Counted from the first letter of the stretch, positions 8,571-18,196 are shown. The stretch: DNA of 38,931 bases from a virus (IMGVR_UViG_3300006482_000009:1-38931); one strand, 5' to 3'. Program-made: numbers and translations. Notes: generated by a model from the sequence alone, not told the origin.

Positions 8571-10136
8571 GTGGATATATATAAACAAATAGATAAGTCT
8601 TTACTTGGTTTATACAGTACAGACCCAAGATTCAACGAAGAGTTGCAAGAGGTAAAACAATATTATGAGTTTTATGAAGGGCGACCAGAATCAAATGAAG
8701 ATGACGAAGAAGATTGCCGAGGACAATTATGGAGAGTTAAAACAGATGACTATAAGCCTACACGTGAGGTAAGAAATATTACTAAGAAGCTGATGAAAAA
8801 GCAAAAAAGGTTTATGACTTCAGTTAAACCTGACTTCCTAATAAAATCATTAGATGGAACGGAAGTTGGAAGGGTTGATAATAAAAAAGCTATAATAAAT
8901 AAAATATTAAATGACGGCAAGTTTTGGAATAAGTTTTCCAAAGCTTTTTTAGATTGCACTATTGGCAAGAGAGTAATGCTTACATTGACAACTGATGTAG
9001 ATAATAAAGGAAAACAGCTGTCTGATAAACCTATCAAATTTAGGTTTTATACAATGCCGGAGTTTACTTATGAATATGATCCAAACGATGCAGAAAAATT
9101 AATTAAAGTTCAAATAGCTTATCAAGATGAAAGTACAGTAGGAAAAATTCAACAAGAACAAAGATGGCATAAATGGATATATGAAATTAGAGATAATGGC
9201 AACTGCTGGGCAATATATCAGATAGTAGACGGAGTAGATACTCAAGCTTTTGTGGAAATTGAAGATGAAGAGACTGGTGAGAATGTTAAAAAAGAATTAA
9301 AAGAAGAATGGGATACTGGATTATCACAGTTACCATGTAAAGTTATATTTAATGATGGGCTTACAGGAGATATAAGAGGTCATAGTGATATAAAAGATTT
9401 AATAGATATGGCCATGGATTATAACAGGACACAATCGGACTATAGGGATGCACTTAAATTTAAAATGTTTGAACAAGATGTATTTGTTAATGCAGACCCT
9501 AAAAGTATAGAAGGGATTAAAATAGCACCAGGTGCAACAATTGATTTAAAAGGAGATCCAGCTTTAGGAACTTCAGACGGAAGTACACCTACTCCAACAT
9601 ATGGTAAATTAGCTTCTACATTTAATTTTCAAGTAGCAGCAGACAGTTATTTGACAGGGCTTAAGAAAGATATGTATGAACTTATGGACCAACCGTTACC
9701 AGAATCACTTGTTAATGTTGCAAGTGGTAAAGCACTTAGAATGTTAAATGATGATTTAATAGGTAGATGTGAAGAAAAGTGGCAGGAATGGGATGAAGCT
9801 GTACGTTGGTTAATAGATTTAATAATTGAAGTAGTTAATAAAGGCAATCTTTATAGAGATGTGCAAGGTATTGAAGATTTATATATTAATACTTCGTTGG
9901 AATTTAGCCATAACTACCCAATACCAGACGATGAGCAACAAACTAAAGAGTTAGCTATGAAGGAAGTTGAAGCTAATGTACGTTCACATCAATCTTATAT
10001 TAGAGACTTTGGAGATGCACAAGAAGCAGATAAAGAGTTTGATGAGATACTAGATGAAATAGATAAAATCAATATGACTCAAAATAGTATGAGTGGTTTA
10101 AGTGATACTATTTTAGATGATGAAGGTGGAGAGTAG
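8571..10136 (+). CDS. Portal protein (SPP1 gp6-like)
   Basis: 521 aa after TerL, GTG start with aggagg; GHSDIKDLID and SGKAL motifs. Confidence 0.9.
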   Translation: MDIYKQIDKSLLGLYSTDPRFNEELQEVKQYYEFYEGRPESNEDDEEDCRGQLWRVKTDDYKPTREVRNITKKLMKKQKRFMTSVKPDFLIKSLDGTEVGRVDNKKAIINKILNDGKFWNKFSKAFLDCTIGKRVMLTLTTDVDNKGKQLSDKPIKFRFYTMPEFTYEYDPNDAEKLIKVQIAYQDESTVGKIQQEQRWHKWIYEIRDNGNCWAIYQIVDGVDTQAFVEIEDEETGENVKKELKEEWDTGLSQLPCKVIFNDGLTGDIRGHSDIKDLIDMAMDYNRTQSDYRDALKFKMFEQDVFVNADPKSIEGIKIAPGATIDLKGDPALGTSDGSTPTPTYGKLASTFNFQVAADSYLTGLKKDMYELMDQPLPESLVNVASGKALRMLNDDLIGRCEEKWQEWDEAVRWLIDLIIEVVNKGNLYRDVQGIEDLYINTSLEFSHNYPIPDDEQQTKELAMKEVEANVRSHQSYIRDFGDAQEADKEFDEILDEIDKINMTQNSMSGLSDTILDDEGGE

Positions 10137-10343
10137 ATGAAGCTAGTTAATCAAGATAAAGATATGATATACGGTGACATTGATAATGTAAACAGACGTG
10201 GCAAATTTATTTTAAAAGATAATATAATAATTGGAATATATAAAGATGCACAAGAAGCAGATAAAGTTTTTAAAAAAGTTATTTTTAATGCCAAACAAGC
10301 AGAAATATTTGAATTACCGCAAAAGGGGACTGAAGATGAATAA
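10137..10343 (+). CDS. Hypothetical protein (accessory cluster)
   Basis: 68 aa, abuts portal stop. Confidence 0.7.
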   Translation: MKLVNQDKDMIYGDIDNVNRRGKFILKDNIIIGIYKDAQEADKVFKKVIFNAKQAEIFELPQKGTEDE

Positions 10344-10635
10344 AGCTAAAACAATTTGTGATAAATGCGGAAGAAAATTCACAATAAAACTTCACACAAA
10401 AGAAAAGGATAACTTGCAAATTACTTATTTTAAATGCCCTAAGTGTTATGAAGAGTACATAGTAACCGTAACTGATGAAAAACTCAGAGAAGATATAAAT
10501 AAAGCAGTTTCTTTAAGGAATAAAATGTTACTTAATTGCAACGATAAAGAAGCTATTAGAGATTATCATGTACTTAAAAATAAGAATTGTATAAGAGAGC
10601 AAGAACTTAAAAAAGAGTATTTAGGAGGAATATAA
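10336..10635 (+). CDS. Zinc-ribbon hypothetical protein
   Basis: CDKC and CPKC; start placed at ATG 10336 after aagggg. Confidence 0.75.
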   Translation: MNKAKTICDKCGRKFTIKLHTKEKDNLQITYFKCPKCYEEYIVTVTDEKLREDINKAVSLRNKMLLNCNDKEAIRDYHVLKNKNCIREQELKKEYLGGI

Positions 10636-10923
10636 ATGGGAGAAGAGCTTGAAAATAGAACAATATTTATTATTTGTGACAATCAAAAACATGTTAAATT
10701 GAAAAATACTGATTTTGATGAAAAAGAATTTGAAGAAGCAATAGAAAAAGCAGGAATTAATATGAATGAAGAAGAAAAAGAATTTGAAAAGTTAAAAGAT
10801 GCTTGTGAAAAAGTAGTTGCATTATTAAGACATGATGAAAATTATAATCCTCACATGACAGTTATAATAAAGGCTGATGAAATAAAGGTTGTAAGCGATG
10901 AAGTTAACATACCATTAAAATAA
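10636..10923 (+). CDS. Hypothetical protein (accessory cluster)
   Basis: 95 aa, RBS aggagg. Confidence 0.75.
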   Translation: MGEELENRTIFIICDNQKHVKLKNTDFDEKEFEEAIEKAGINMNEEEKEFEKLKDACEKVVALLRHDENYNPHMTVIIKADEIKVVSDEVNIPLK

Positions 10924-10939
10924 AAAGGAGTGAATTAAT

Positions 10940-11401
10940 ATGTTATGGAATGAAGCATTTAAATTAATGAAGGATGGAGAAAAGATAAAATTACCTTCAT
11001 GGGGTGGTTATTGGTATTGGGATAAAGATAAAGAAACAATTATCATGCATACTAAGGATGATAAAGAATTAGATATTAGAGAAACACAAGTAGTAGAATA
11101 TACGTGTTTTAATATAGCTAGTGATGAATGGATATTAGCTACAGAACAAAATACTCCGATTTTAGGTGGAATTGCTACTTTTAATTTCGGTGAAGCGTTA
11201 AAATATCTAAAAAGAGGATTGAAAGTATGTAGAAAAGGTTGGAACGGAAAAGGAATGTATATAGAAGCACAAATTCCAGATAAATATTCCAAAATGACAA
11301 AGCCTTATTTATTTATAAAAACTGCAGATGATAATAGAATACCGTGGGTAACTTCTCAAGCAGATGTATTCGCAGAGGATTGGATGTTTTATAATGAATA
11401 A
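10940..11401 (+). CDS. tad2: DUF2829/Tad2-family anti-defence protein with two tandem modules
   Basis: C-half FGEALKYLKRGLKVCRKGWNGKGMYI...PWVTSQADVFAEDW is the DUF2829 signature; N-half WNEAFKLMKDGEKIKLPSW...IASDEW repeats the pattern. Confidence 0.85.
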   Translation: MLWNEAFKLMKDGEKIKLPSWGGYWYWDKDKETIIMHTKDDKELDIRETQVVEYTCFNIASDEWILATEQNTPILGGIATFNFGEALKYLKRGLKVCRKGWNGKGMYIEAQIPDKYSKMTKPYLFIKTADDNRIPWVTSQADVFAEDWMFYNE

Positions 11402-11612
11402 AAATAAGATTCTAGTAATTACTTTATATACAATAACAAGCTTATTTATGATATTAGGTATATTTTTCATGCTGATGCTAATAAGTTTTATGTTGTCATT
11501 TGACTATACTATAAATCCAAAATTATTTATTATTATATTATCAATGATGACAGCAGTTATGTATGTAGGTTTAATGAAAATGATAGATAAAGTTGATCCA
11601 AAATCCTTATAG
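11394..11612 (+). CDS. Small two-helix membrane protein
   Basis: Two hydrophobic segments; ATG 11394 overlaps upstream stop. Confidence 0.65.
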   Translation: MNKNKILVITLYTITSLFMILGIFFMLMLISFMLSFDYTINPKLFIIILSMMTAVMYVGLMKMIDKVDPKSL

Positions 11613-11634
11613 GGCTTATTTTTATGCAATAAAT
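11604..11634 (+). repeat. 31 bp direct repeat copy 1 (terminator-like)
   Basis: tccttatagggcttatttttatgcaataaat; 30/31 identical to 13121..13151. Confidence 0.9.
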
Positions 11635-11644
11635 AGGTGATAAC

Positions 11645-13117
11645 ATGAGTAAATACATAGATGATTTAAATAAATATCTAAAGCAAAATAAAATCAAACT
11701 TAATAATAAAGAACAACAAGAAATACTTAGAGTATATAATAAAGCTTTTGATAATATGCTCAAGCAATATAAAAGCAATATACATAAAAAGAATGCTACT
11801 CAAATAGCAAGAACAGCATACTGCAAACAACTACACGGTGAAATATTATCAATAATAAAAGAATATAACATAAAAGTAACTGATGATATTCTAAATGCTC
11901 AAGTTGATACATTAATGCAAGGTGTAGAATATTACAAAGATACAGAGTTATATAAAAATGTTATGAAGCAAGCTAATATCGTAAACAGACAAGTGATAGA
12001 ACAAATGATAAAAGGATCTATATATAAAGATGGTCAAGGATTAAGCAAAAGACTTTGGAAAGATGTAAGCAAAAGTGGAGACAAGATAGAAGAAGCTATA
12101 ATGAGTCTTATTGCAGAAGGTAAAGGAGCAACAGAAATAGCTAAAAACCTTATTCAATTTGCTAAAGGTGGCCATAGGACATGGGATAAAGCCAAGATAA
12201 AAGAAAAGCTAGGAAGTGCTTATGCTGGTAGATATGGAGCAGGCGGAATAGACTATGAAGCTTTAAGACTTGCTAGAACTACACTTAACCATCAAGCACA
12301 GTTAACTCAAAAGAATGCTAATAAAGTTAATCCATATGCACAGAAATTAAAATGGCATAGTGCTCATGCAGCAAATAGAAGTTGTAATGAGTGCATAGAA
12401 AGAGAAGGCAAAATATACGATGTTGATAAATGTCCTTTCGACCATCCAAATGGAATGTGCCATCTTGAAAATATCTTTTGTATTAATGGTAAAGAAGTAT
12501 CAAATACTCAAATGGCAGAGGATATAGGTAAATGGATTAGAGGGGAAGATAATAGCGGAACTATGAATATATTATATGGAGATGTTCCATTAGAAAATAA
12601 AACAAGTAATATTTCAAAAAATAAACATGGAAAAGAAATTAAATTTGAAATAGAAGGCATGAGAGAAAAAAATCAAGAAAGAATAAAAGAAACTATAACA
12701 GAATTATCTTCGCAGTATAATACTAATTTAAACACTGTATTCAAAGGCAAAGGGACAGAAGCTGGTCATGTAAATCTGAATTATGATATGTACTTATCAA
12801 GTTCTAGAAAAAACGATATAGTTCATGAATTTGCTCACTCCTTAGCTATATCTCCAAGAAGAGGTATCGACACAGGTAATAAAGAATTTTGGAAAGACAT
12901 TAAAAAGGTTCGTAAAGAGTATACAAAAGCTTGTGCAACAGATGTAACTAAACGAATTAGTGCATACTCAACAGAATCGGTTGATGAATTCATGGCAGAA
13001 GCATTTACTCATGCTTATTTAAAAGGCACTAAACATATTGAAGGTTGGTATGGAACAGACTTTGAATATTCTGAAAGAGTGATGGAAGTAATAAATAAAT
13101 ATTTTAAGAAAAAATAA
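11645..13117 (+). CDS. MuF/gp7-like minor head protein with C-terminal zincin metallopeptidase domain
   Basis: RLARTT and C..C...PFDHPNGMC MuF motifs; tail with HEFAH and ISAYS...DEFMAEAF. Confidence 0.85.
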   Translation: MSKYIDDLNKYLKQNKIKLNNKEQQEILRVYNKAFDNMLKQYKSNIHKKNATQIARTAYCKQLHGEILSIIKEYNIKVTDDILNAQVDTLMQGVEYYKDTELYKNVMKQANIVNRQVIEQMIKGSIYKDGQGLSKRLWKDVSKSGDKIEEAIMSLIAEGKGATEIAKNLIQFAKGGHRTWDKAKIKEKLGSAYAGRYGAGGIDYEALRLARTTLNHQAQLTQKNANKVNPYAQKLKWHSAHAANRSCNECIEREGKIYDVDKCPFDHPNGMCHLENIFCINGKEVSNTQMAEDIGKWIRGEDNSGTMNILYGDVPLENKTSNISKNKHGKEIKFEIEGMREKNQERIKETITELSSQYNTNLNTVFKGKGTEAGHVNLNYDMYLSSSRKNDIVHEFAHSLAISPRRGIDTGNKEFWKDIKKVRKEYTKACATDVTKRISAYSTESVDEFMAEAFTHAYLKGTKHIEGWYGTDFEYSERVMEVINKYFKKK

Positions 13118-13120
13118 AAG

Positions 13121-13151
13121 TCCTTATAGGGCTTATTTTTATGTAATAAAT
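13121..13151 (+). repeat. 31 bp direct repeat copy 2 (terminator-like)
   Basis: aagtcc-ttata-gggctt hairpin plus T-tract. Confidence 0.9.
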
Positions 13152-13250
13152 CATCTTTCTATCTATATCGCAGATGTAAAAGAATGAATTAGATAACTAT
13201 ATTCAAGAAGTAAACTTGTAAAAAACGTAAATGTAGGAGGATTAAAATAT

Positions 13251-13916
13251 ATGAAATTAATAGATATACTGAAAGCTCAAGGACTAACTGACGAGCAGAT
13301 AAGTAAAATAACAGCTTCTATGAAAGAAAATAAGGTATATGAAACATCTTTAGAAAATGCTGATGAAAGATATTCTAAGATGAAGGGTAAAAAGGAAGAT
13401 TTTGAAGGTCAACTTAAAACAGCAAATGACACTATAGCAGATTTGAAGAAAAACAATACTAATAACGAAACACTTCAGAAGACTATAACAGACCACGAAG
13501 CTACCATAGAAAATCTTAAAAAAGAAGCTGAAACAAAAGACTTCAATTACGCCCTAGATACTGCATTAAAAGAATCTAAATGCAAAAATACAAAAGCCTT
13601 AAAAGCACTTCTTAAGATGGAAGTTATAAAAGTTAACGGAGATAAAGTTGAAGGCTTAGAAGACCAATTAAAAACTTTAAAAGAAAGTGATAGTTACTTA
13701 TTTGATGTTGTGGAAGAACAAAATAATGGTAATCAAGGAGGATTAGCAGGGTTATTTACAGGAAACCCAGGAAAGCCTTCTAATCTTAATTTATTTGGTT
13801 CTAAAACAACACACGAAGGCGACTTCGGAAAAGCATTAGCGCAACAAGGCCAATCACAAGCAAGTGATGGACAAGAGGTAATAGACAGTGATTACTTCTT
13901 TAAAAATAATAAATAG
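13251..13916 (+). CDS. Capsid scaffolding protein (GP20 family)
   Basis: KNTKALKALL...GLEDQLKTLKESDSYLF; coiled coil; position. Confidence 0.9.
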   Translation: MKLIDILKAQGLTDEQISKITASMKENKVYETSLENADERYSKMKGKKEDFEGQLKTANDTIADLKKNNTNNETLQKTITDHEATIENLKKEAETKDFNYALDTALKESKCKNTKALKALLKMEVIKVNGDKVEGLEDQLKTLKESDSYLFDVVEEQNNGNQGGLAGLFTGNPGKPSNLNLFGSKTTHEGDFGKALAQQGQSQASDGQEVIDSDYFFKNNK

Positions 13917-13931
13917 GAGAGTGAATTAATA

Positions 13932-14330
13932 ATGCCAAAAATAAAAACTAAGAAAATATTAGCACCTAAAAAAACTTTTTTAGCTATACCAGATCACTAT
14001 GTAAATTTAACTGGGTTATTAGCTTTTGCAGAGTTAGCGAAGTTAAAAACTACAGATGATGCCGGAAATAATGTAATAGAAGCTGGCACTGTAGTAAATA
14101 TGACTGCCGATGGTACGGTCACAAAACCAACTTATACATCATCTAATACATCAGGAACAAAGGGTAATGCAGTCATATTTAATGAAATAAATGTTGATGA
14201 TTATACATCTGGAACAGATGATAAAGTAACTGCAACTGTCATGGTCCATGGATATGTAAGAGCTGACAGATTAACAGGATATGAAGCTGATACTTTTACA
14301 AATCAAAATATATATGTTTTAAGTAAATAA
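13932..14330 (+). CDS. Head decoration-like protein
   Basis: 132 aa between scaffold and capsid; IEAGTV and VMVHGYVRADRL motifs. Confidence 0.75.
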   Translation: MPKIKTKKILAPKKTFLAIPDHYVNLTGLLAFAELAKLKTTDDAGNNVIEAGTVVNMTADGTVTKPTYTSSNTSGTKGNAVIFNEINVDDYTSGTDDKVTATVMVHGYVRADRLTGYEADTFTNQNIYVLSK

Positions 14331-14347
14331 TAAAGGAGATGATATAA

Positions 14348-15445
14348 ATGGCAAATATAAATTTATTTGATTATATAAATGCAAAAGAAATAGGAGCTTA
14401 TGTAACAGACAAGCCAGAAAATAAAATACCGTATTTCGGTGAAACATTATTCCCTGCTGAAAAGCAATTAGGGATAGATGTATCTTGGTTAAAGGGTTCT
14501 AACGGCTTACCAATAGCGATACAACCTTCAAATTATGATGCAAAAGCAAGATTAAGAGAAAAAGAAGGATTTGACAGTGTATCAATCGAAATGGCGTTCT
14601 TTAGAGAAGCTATAAGAATAGGCGAAAAAGATAGACAACAAATGAATTTACTATTATCTAGTCCTCAATCAGCTGTAGCACTACCTCTAATAAGAAAAAT
14701 ATTCGATGAAGCAGGAAGATTAGTAGAAGGTGTAAGAGTTCAAGCTGAAATAATGAGAATGCAATTACTTACTGCAGGTAAAATAAATGTTACATCAGCA
14801 GATGGTAGAGCGAAATACATATATGATTACAACCAAGTAAATAAGTTTAAATGCAGAAATGGAGCCGGAGCTTGGGGTACAGATACAGCAGACCCAGTTA
14901 AGGATATAATTGCATGGTGTGACGAAATGGAATTACAAAGAGGAACAAGACCTGCAAGAGTAGTGTTGAACAGAAATACATTCTTAAAAATGTATGGTTC
15001 AAAATTGTTACACTTAATGATGTACCCAAATGATACTAAGTTGAACTACTTTGTATCAGAAGAACAAGTAAAGGCATTTGTTGAATCTGTAACTGGATGT
15101 TCTATATTTGTATATTCTAAGAAAGTTGCTAATTTAAATCACACTACAGGTTTAGCAGATTCAACATCAGTATCTTTAATTCCAGATAACACAGTATGCT
15201 TAATGCCTGGTGGCGCTTTAGGTAAAACGAGATTTGGTACAACTCCAGAAGAATCAGACCTTATGACTGGTTCGGATGCTCAAGTATCAATAGTAAATAC
15301 TGGTACTGCTATAATGACTTACAAAGAAAAACATCCTGTGCAAGTTAACACTATAGTATCATCTGTTATGATACCTTCTTTTGAAGCAATAGATGATTGT
15401 GCAATATGTGATGTTTCTTCTGTATCATCAAGTGATATAAAGTAA
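14348..15445 (+). CDS. Major capsid protein (phage capsid E-like)
   Basis: 365 aa; YFGETLFP, EIMRMQLL..GKI, FGTTPEE, VMIPSFE. Confidence 0.92.
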   Translation: MANINLFDYINAKEIGAYVTDKPENKIPYFGETLFPAEKQLGIDVSWLKGSNGLPIAIQPSNYDAKARLREKEGFDSVSIEMAFFREAIRIGEKDRQQMNLLLSSPQSAVALPLIRKIFDEAGRLVEGVRVQAEIMRMQLLTAGKINVTSADGRAKYIYDYNQVNKFKCRNGAGAWGTDTADPVKDIIAWCDEMELQRGTRPARVVLNRNTFLKMYGSKLLHLMMYPNDTKLNYFVSEEQVKAFVESVTGCSIFVYSKKVANLNHTTGLADSTSVSLIPDNTVCLMPGGALGKTRFGTTPEESDLMTGSDAQVSIVNTGTAIMTYKEKHPVQVNTIVSSVMIPSFEAIDDCAICDVSSVSSSDIK

Positions 15446-15469
15446 GCTCATTTATATTCCTTTATATAG

Positions 15470-15506
15470 TCCCTAGATTAGGATTTTTCCTTTCTAGGGA
15501 TATTTT
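15470..15506 (+). terminator. Terminator after capsid gene
   Basis: tccctaga/tctaggga arms with inner agga/tcct. Confidence 0.65.
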
Positions 15507-15523
15507 AATGCAAGGAGGAATTT

Positions 15524-15823
15524 ATGTTAAATGTTGAAAAAGTAAAAGTATTATTACTAGAAGAAAAGTATCCGTATTTTTCAGATGAACAGTTAGAATC
15601 ACTATGCAATATGTACGATGATATTAATGAATTATGTTATATAGCATGTAAAATGAAAGCCGATGCTCAAGATATAACAATAGGACCGATAACAATAAAG
15701 AACAACTCTAACATGTGGAATAACCTAGCTGATGCTTTTTATAAAAAGTGGATAACTAGTACATCTTCAAATACATCTAAATCCTTAACAGGTAAATGTG
15801 CAGGTAGATCAGATGAGTATTAA
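15524..15823 (+). CDS. Head-tail adaptor
   Basis: 99 aa after capsid; PYFSDEQL motif. Confidence 0.75.
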   Translation: MLNVEKVKVLLLEEKYPYFSDEQLESLCNMYDDINELCYIACKMKADAQDITIGPITIKNNSNMWNNLADAFYKKWITSTSSNTSKSLTGKCAGRSDEY

Positions 15824-16208
15824 TGTAAATTTATTAAAAACACAAATTAAAAATGCCATAAACAACTACGGCACTGATATAAGGATACTTAGAGATATAT
15901 ATGAAAAAGATGAAGATGGATATGAAGTTTTAAAAGAAAGTATGAGATACATAAGTACTATAAAATGTATTATAGATAACTCTAGTGATAATAAAGAAAA
16001 GAAAATAAATAATCGGCAAGGAATTATAATGCTTAACAATAAGCCTTCTTTATATATACCGTATGATAACGATAAAAATATAGTAATAAAAGAAGATGAT
16101 TATATTGAAATTGATGGAGTGTATTATAAAGCTAAAACCTTTACTGATTTAGTGCATTATAATTTACTCTACCAAATACCTTTAGAAAGGGTTGAATTAA
16201 ATGAGTGA
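15813..16208 (+). CDS. Head closure protein
   Basis: Synteny; IKEDDYIEIDGVYY motif; probable start 15813. Confidence 0.65.
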   Translation: MSINVNLLKTQIKNAINNYGTDIRILRDIYEKDEDGYEVLKESMRYISTIKCIIDNSSDNKEKKINNRQGIIMLNNKPSLYIPYDNDKNIVIKEDDYIEIDGVYYKAKTFTDLVHYNLLYQIPLERVELNE

Positions 16209-16551
16209 GTTCACTTTAGATGGAAGTGATTTTATTAGTAACTTAACAAATATGAATCAAAGAGTTCAAACTGGATTAAATGTTATTGGTGATGCTACAG
16301 CTTCTCAAATGAAAACATATGCTCAAACTAACCATCCTTGGACAGATAGAACACATAGCGCAACAGATGAAATATCAACAGAAGTCAAATGGGAAGGCAC
16401 TGCACTAGATATAAGTATAACCCATGGTGTTGACTATGGTATATGGTTAGAGACTAGAGATGCTTTTGAAGGCAAATATAAGATTTTAGAAGAAGCTAGG
16501 GATAGCCAAGTCAATTCGTTTAAAGAGATGATACAAGCAATGAGGTTATAA
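16201..16551 (+). CDS. Neck protein (HK97 gp10-like)
   Basis: HPWTDRT and HGVDYGIWLE motifs. Confidence 0.8.
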   Translation: MSEFTLDGSDFISNLTNMNQRVQTGLNVIGDATASQMKTYAQTNHPWTDRTHSATDEISTEVKWEGTALDISITHGVDYGIWLETRDAFEGKYKILEEARDSQVNSFKEMIQAMRL

Positions 16552-16563
16552 GGCGGTGATAAT

Positions 16564-16908
16564 ATGAGCCGTATTAAAATACAAGAAGTACTTGAAACAG
16601 TGTGTAAAGTTGATGTAACACAACGATTAAAAAGCAAAATAAATCAAGATACTTTATCTATCCAAAAAAGAGGAAATGGAACTAGCTTAGACAATAGTTT
16701 AGCAGGTTGGGATAACTGGACGATATATGTGTACTCACCTAATGGAATCATTAAGCTAGATGGCTTGGTTAAAAAAACTGTAAAAACATTAATTCAAAAT
16801 GATATAGAAGTTACACACGAACTAGGTCAAGAGTTCTATGATGAAATATTATGTTGTTATTTTACAACCATTTCATGTAGAACGCCTAGTATTTACGATT
16901 ATTATTAA
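16564..16908 (+). CDS. Tail terminator protein
   Basis: Synteny before tail tube; IYVYSP. Confidence 0.65.
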   Translation: MSRIKIQEVLETVCKVDVTQRLKSKINQDTLSIQKRGNGTSLDNSLAGWDNWTIYVYSPNGIIKLDGLVKKTVKTLIQNDIEVTHELGQEFYDEILCCYFTTISCRTPSIYDYY

Positions 16909-16923
16909 AAAGGAGATGATAAT

Positions 16924-17499
16924 ATGGCTATTTTAAATAGGATAAAAAGAGTGGATATAACTGAATTAGATCCTGCGACAGGAGCAGTAAAAGCTGAAAA
17001 TCCAATAAAGAAAACCATAAAAACCGCAGAAGAAGCTGAATTAAAAGCACTTATATCAGAAGGTGAAGAAGAAATATTAAGAAGTGATGAAATGATTTTG
17101 GCAGTAATAAGAACACCAGATTTACTTTATGGTTATGATGTAACATTTAAAGATAATGTATTTGATGAAACGGTAGCAGGCTTAGTGGCAGGATATAAAG
17201 TGAATAAAACAGGTTCAAGTGGTTCTGAAAAAACAACATTATCTACACCAATGATGTCAGAAGGAAATATAGGTAAACCATTTAAAATGGATTTATATGT
17301 AGCTAATTATTCTGGGGATTCAATAGTTAACTATGTAAAAATTACCTTAAATAAATGTGAAGGTAAATTCCCAGATATGAAAATCGGTAAAGAATTCTTT
17401 GCCCCTGAATTCAATATAAAAGCTAGAGAAAACACAAAAGCTAGTTTACCTATACAATCAATCGATTATGTTGATGAATTGCCAGAATTACTAGCTTAA
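16924..17499 (+). CDS. Major tail tube protein
   Basis: 191 aa; synteny; FFAPEFNIKAR. Confidence 0.8.
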   Translation: MAILNRIKRVDITELDPATGAVKAENPIKKTIKTAEEAELKALISEGEEEILRSDEMILAVIRTPDLLYGYDVTFKDNVFDETVAGLVAGYKVNKTGSSGSEKTTLSTPMMSEGNIGKPFKMDLYVANYSGDSIVNYVKITLNKCEGKFPDMKIGKEFFAPEFNIKARENTKASLPIQSIDYVDELPELLA

Positions 17500-17515
17500 A
17501 TTAGGAGGAATATAA

Positions 17516-17908
17516 ATGAGTGTAATAAACGCAGAACAATTTAAAAATAAAGCCACTAGAGTGGTTGAAATAAGCGGTTTTGAAGAAAATGAAAAAATAG
17601 AAGTTAGAATTAAGTCAATGAGTTTACTAACTATGATGAACAGAGGGAAGATATCAAATGAGTTATTAACAGTTGTAGGTGGATTATTTGATGGAGTTAA
17701 TGACAGTGAAATTACAGAAAAAGATATAATTTCAAAATCAGATGATATGAAATTTGCAATAGAATTAATGGATAACGTATGTAAGGAATGCTTGGTCGAG
17801 CCTAAATATGATGAAATAGCTGACTATTTAACTGATGCGCAAAAAAGCGAAATATTCGGAGCTTCACAAGGAACTATAAAGCAAGTTACACCCTCTGTTC
17901 CAAAGTAG
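17516..17908 (+). CDS. Tail assembly chaperone G
   Basis: Between tube and tape measure; LVEPKYDEI...LTDAQ. Confidence 0.8.
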   Translation: MSVINAEQFKNKATRVVEISGFEENEKIEVRIKSMSLLTMMNRGKISNELLTVVGGLFDGVNDSEITEKDIISKSDDMKFAIELMDNVCKECLVEPKYDEIADYLTDAQKSEIFGASQGTIKQVTPSVPK

Positions 17909-18140
17909 AGAAATATTAGATGTTATTTCTACTGCTAAAATATGTAATTGTAGACCAAGTGACTTAATTGGCATAGATCAAGAAGAAACTTATGTAAGGT
18001 ATTGCATAGATGAAGCTTGTACATATATTTACAATATGATGCAACCGGACAAGGATGGAAAATGTAAAGAACCTAGATTTAAAGAAGATAATAAAACATC
18101 TGATAATCCAGGATTAGATATGATTTTAGGTTTCGGATAA
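17880..18140 (+). CDS. Tail assembly chaperone T segment (+1 frame, probable frameshift product)
   Basis: 87-codon open frame overlapping G, with no RBS/ATG at its 5' end; encodes CRPSDLIGI...YCIDEAC. Confidence 0.75.
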   Translation, partial: SKLHPLFQSREILDVISTAKICNCRPSDLIGIDQEETYVRYCIDEACTYIYNMMQPDKDGKCKEPRFKEDNKTSDNPGLDMILGFG

Positions 18141-18171
18141 GGTTATAGATTAATAGTCTGTAGCCTTTTTT
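18139..18171 (+). terminator. Rho-independent terminator
   Basis: aaggttatagat/gtctgtagcctt plus T-tract. Confidence 0.75.
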
Positions 18172-18196
18172 ATTTTGCAAAGAAAGGAGGTAATAT

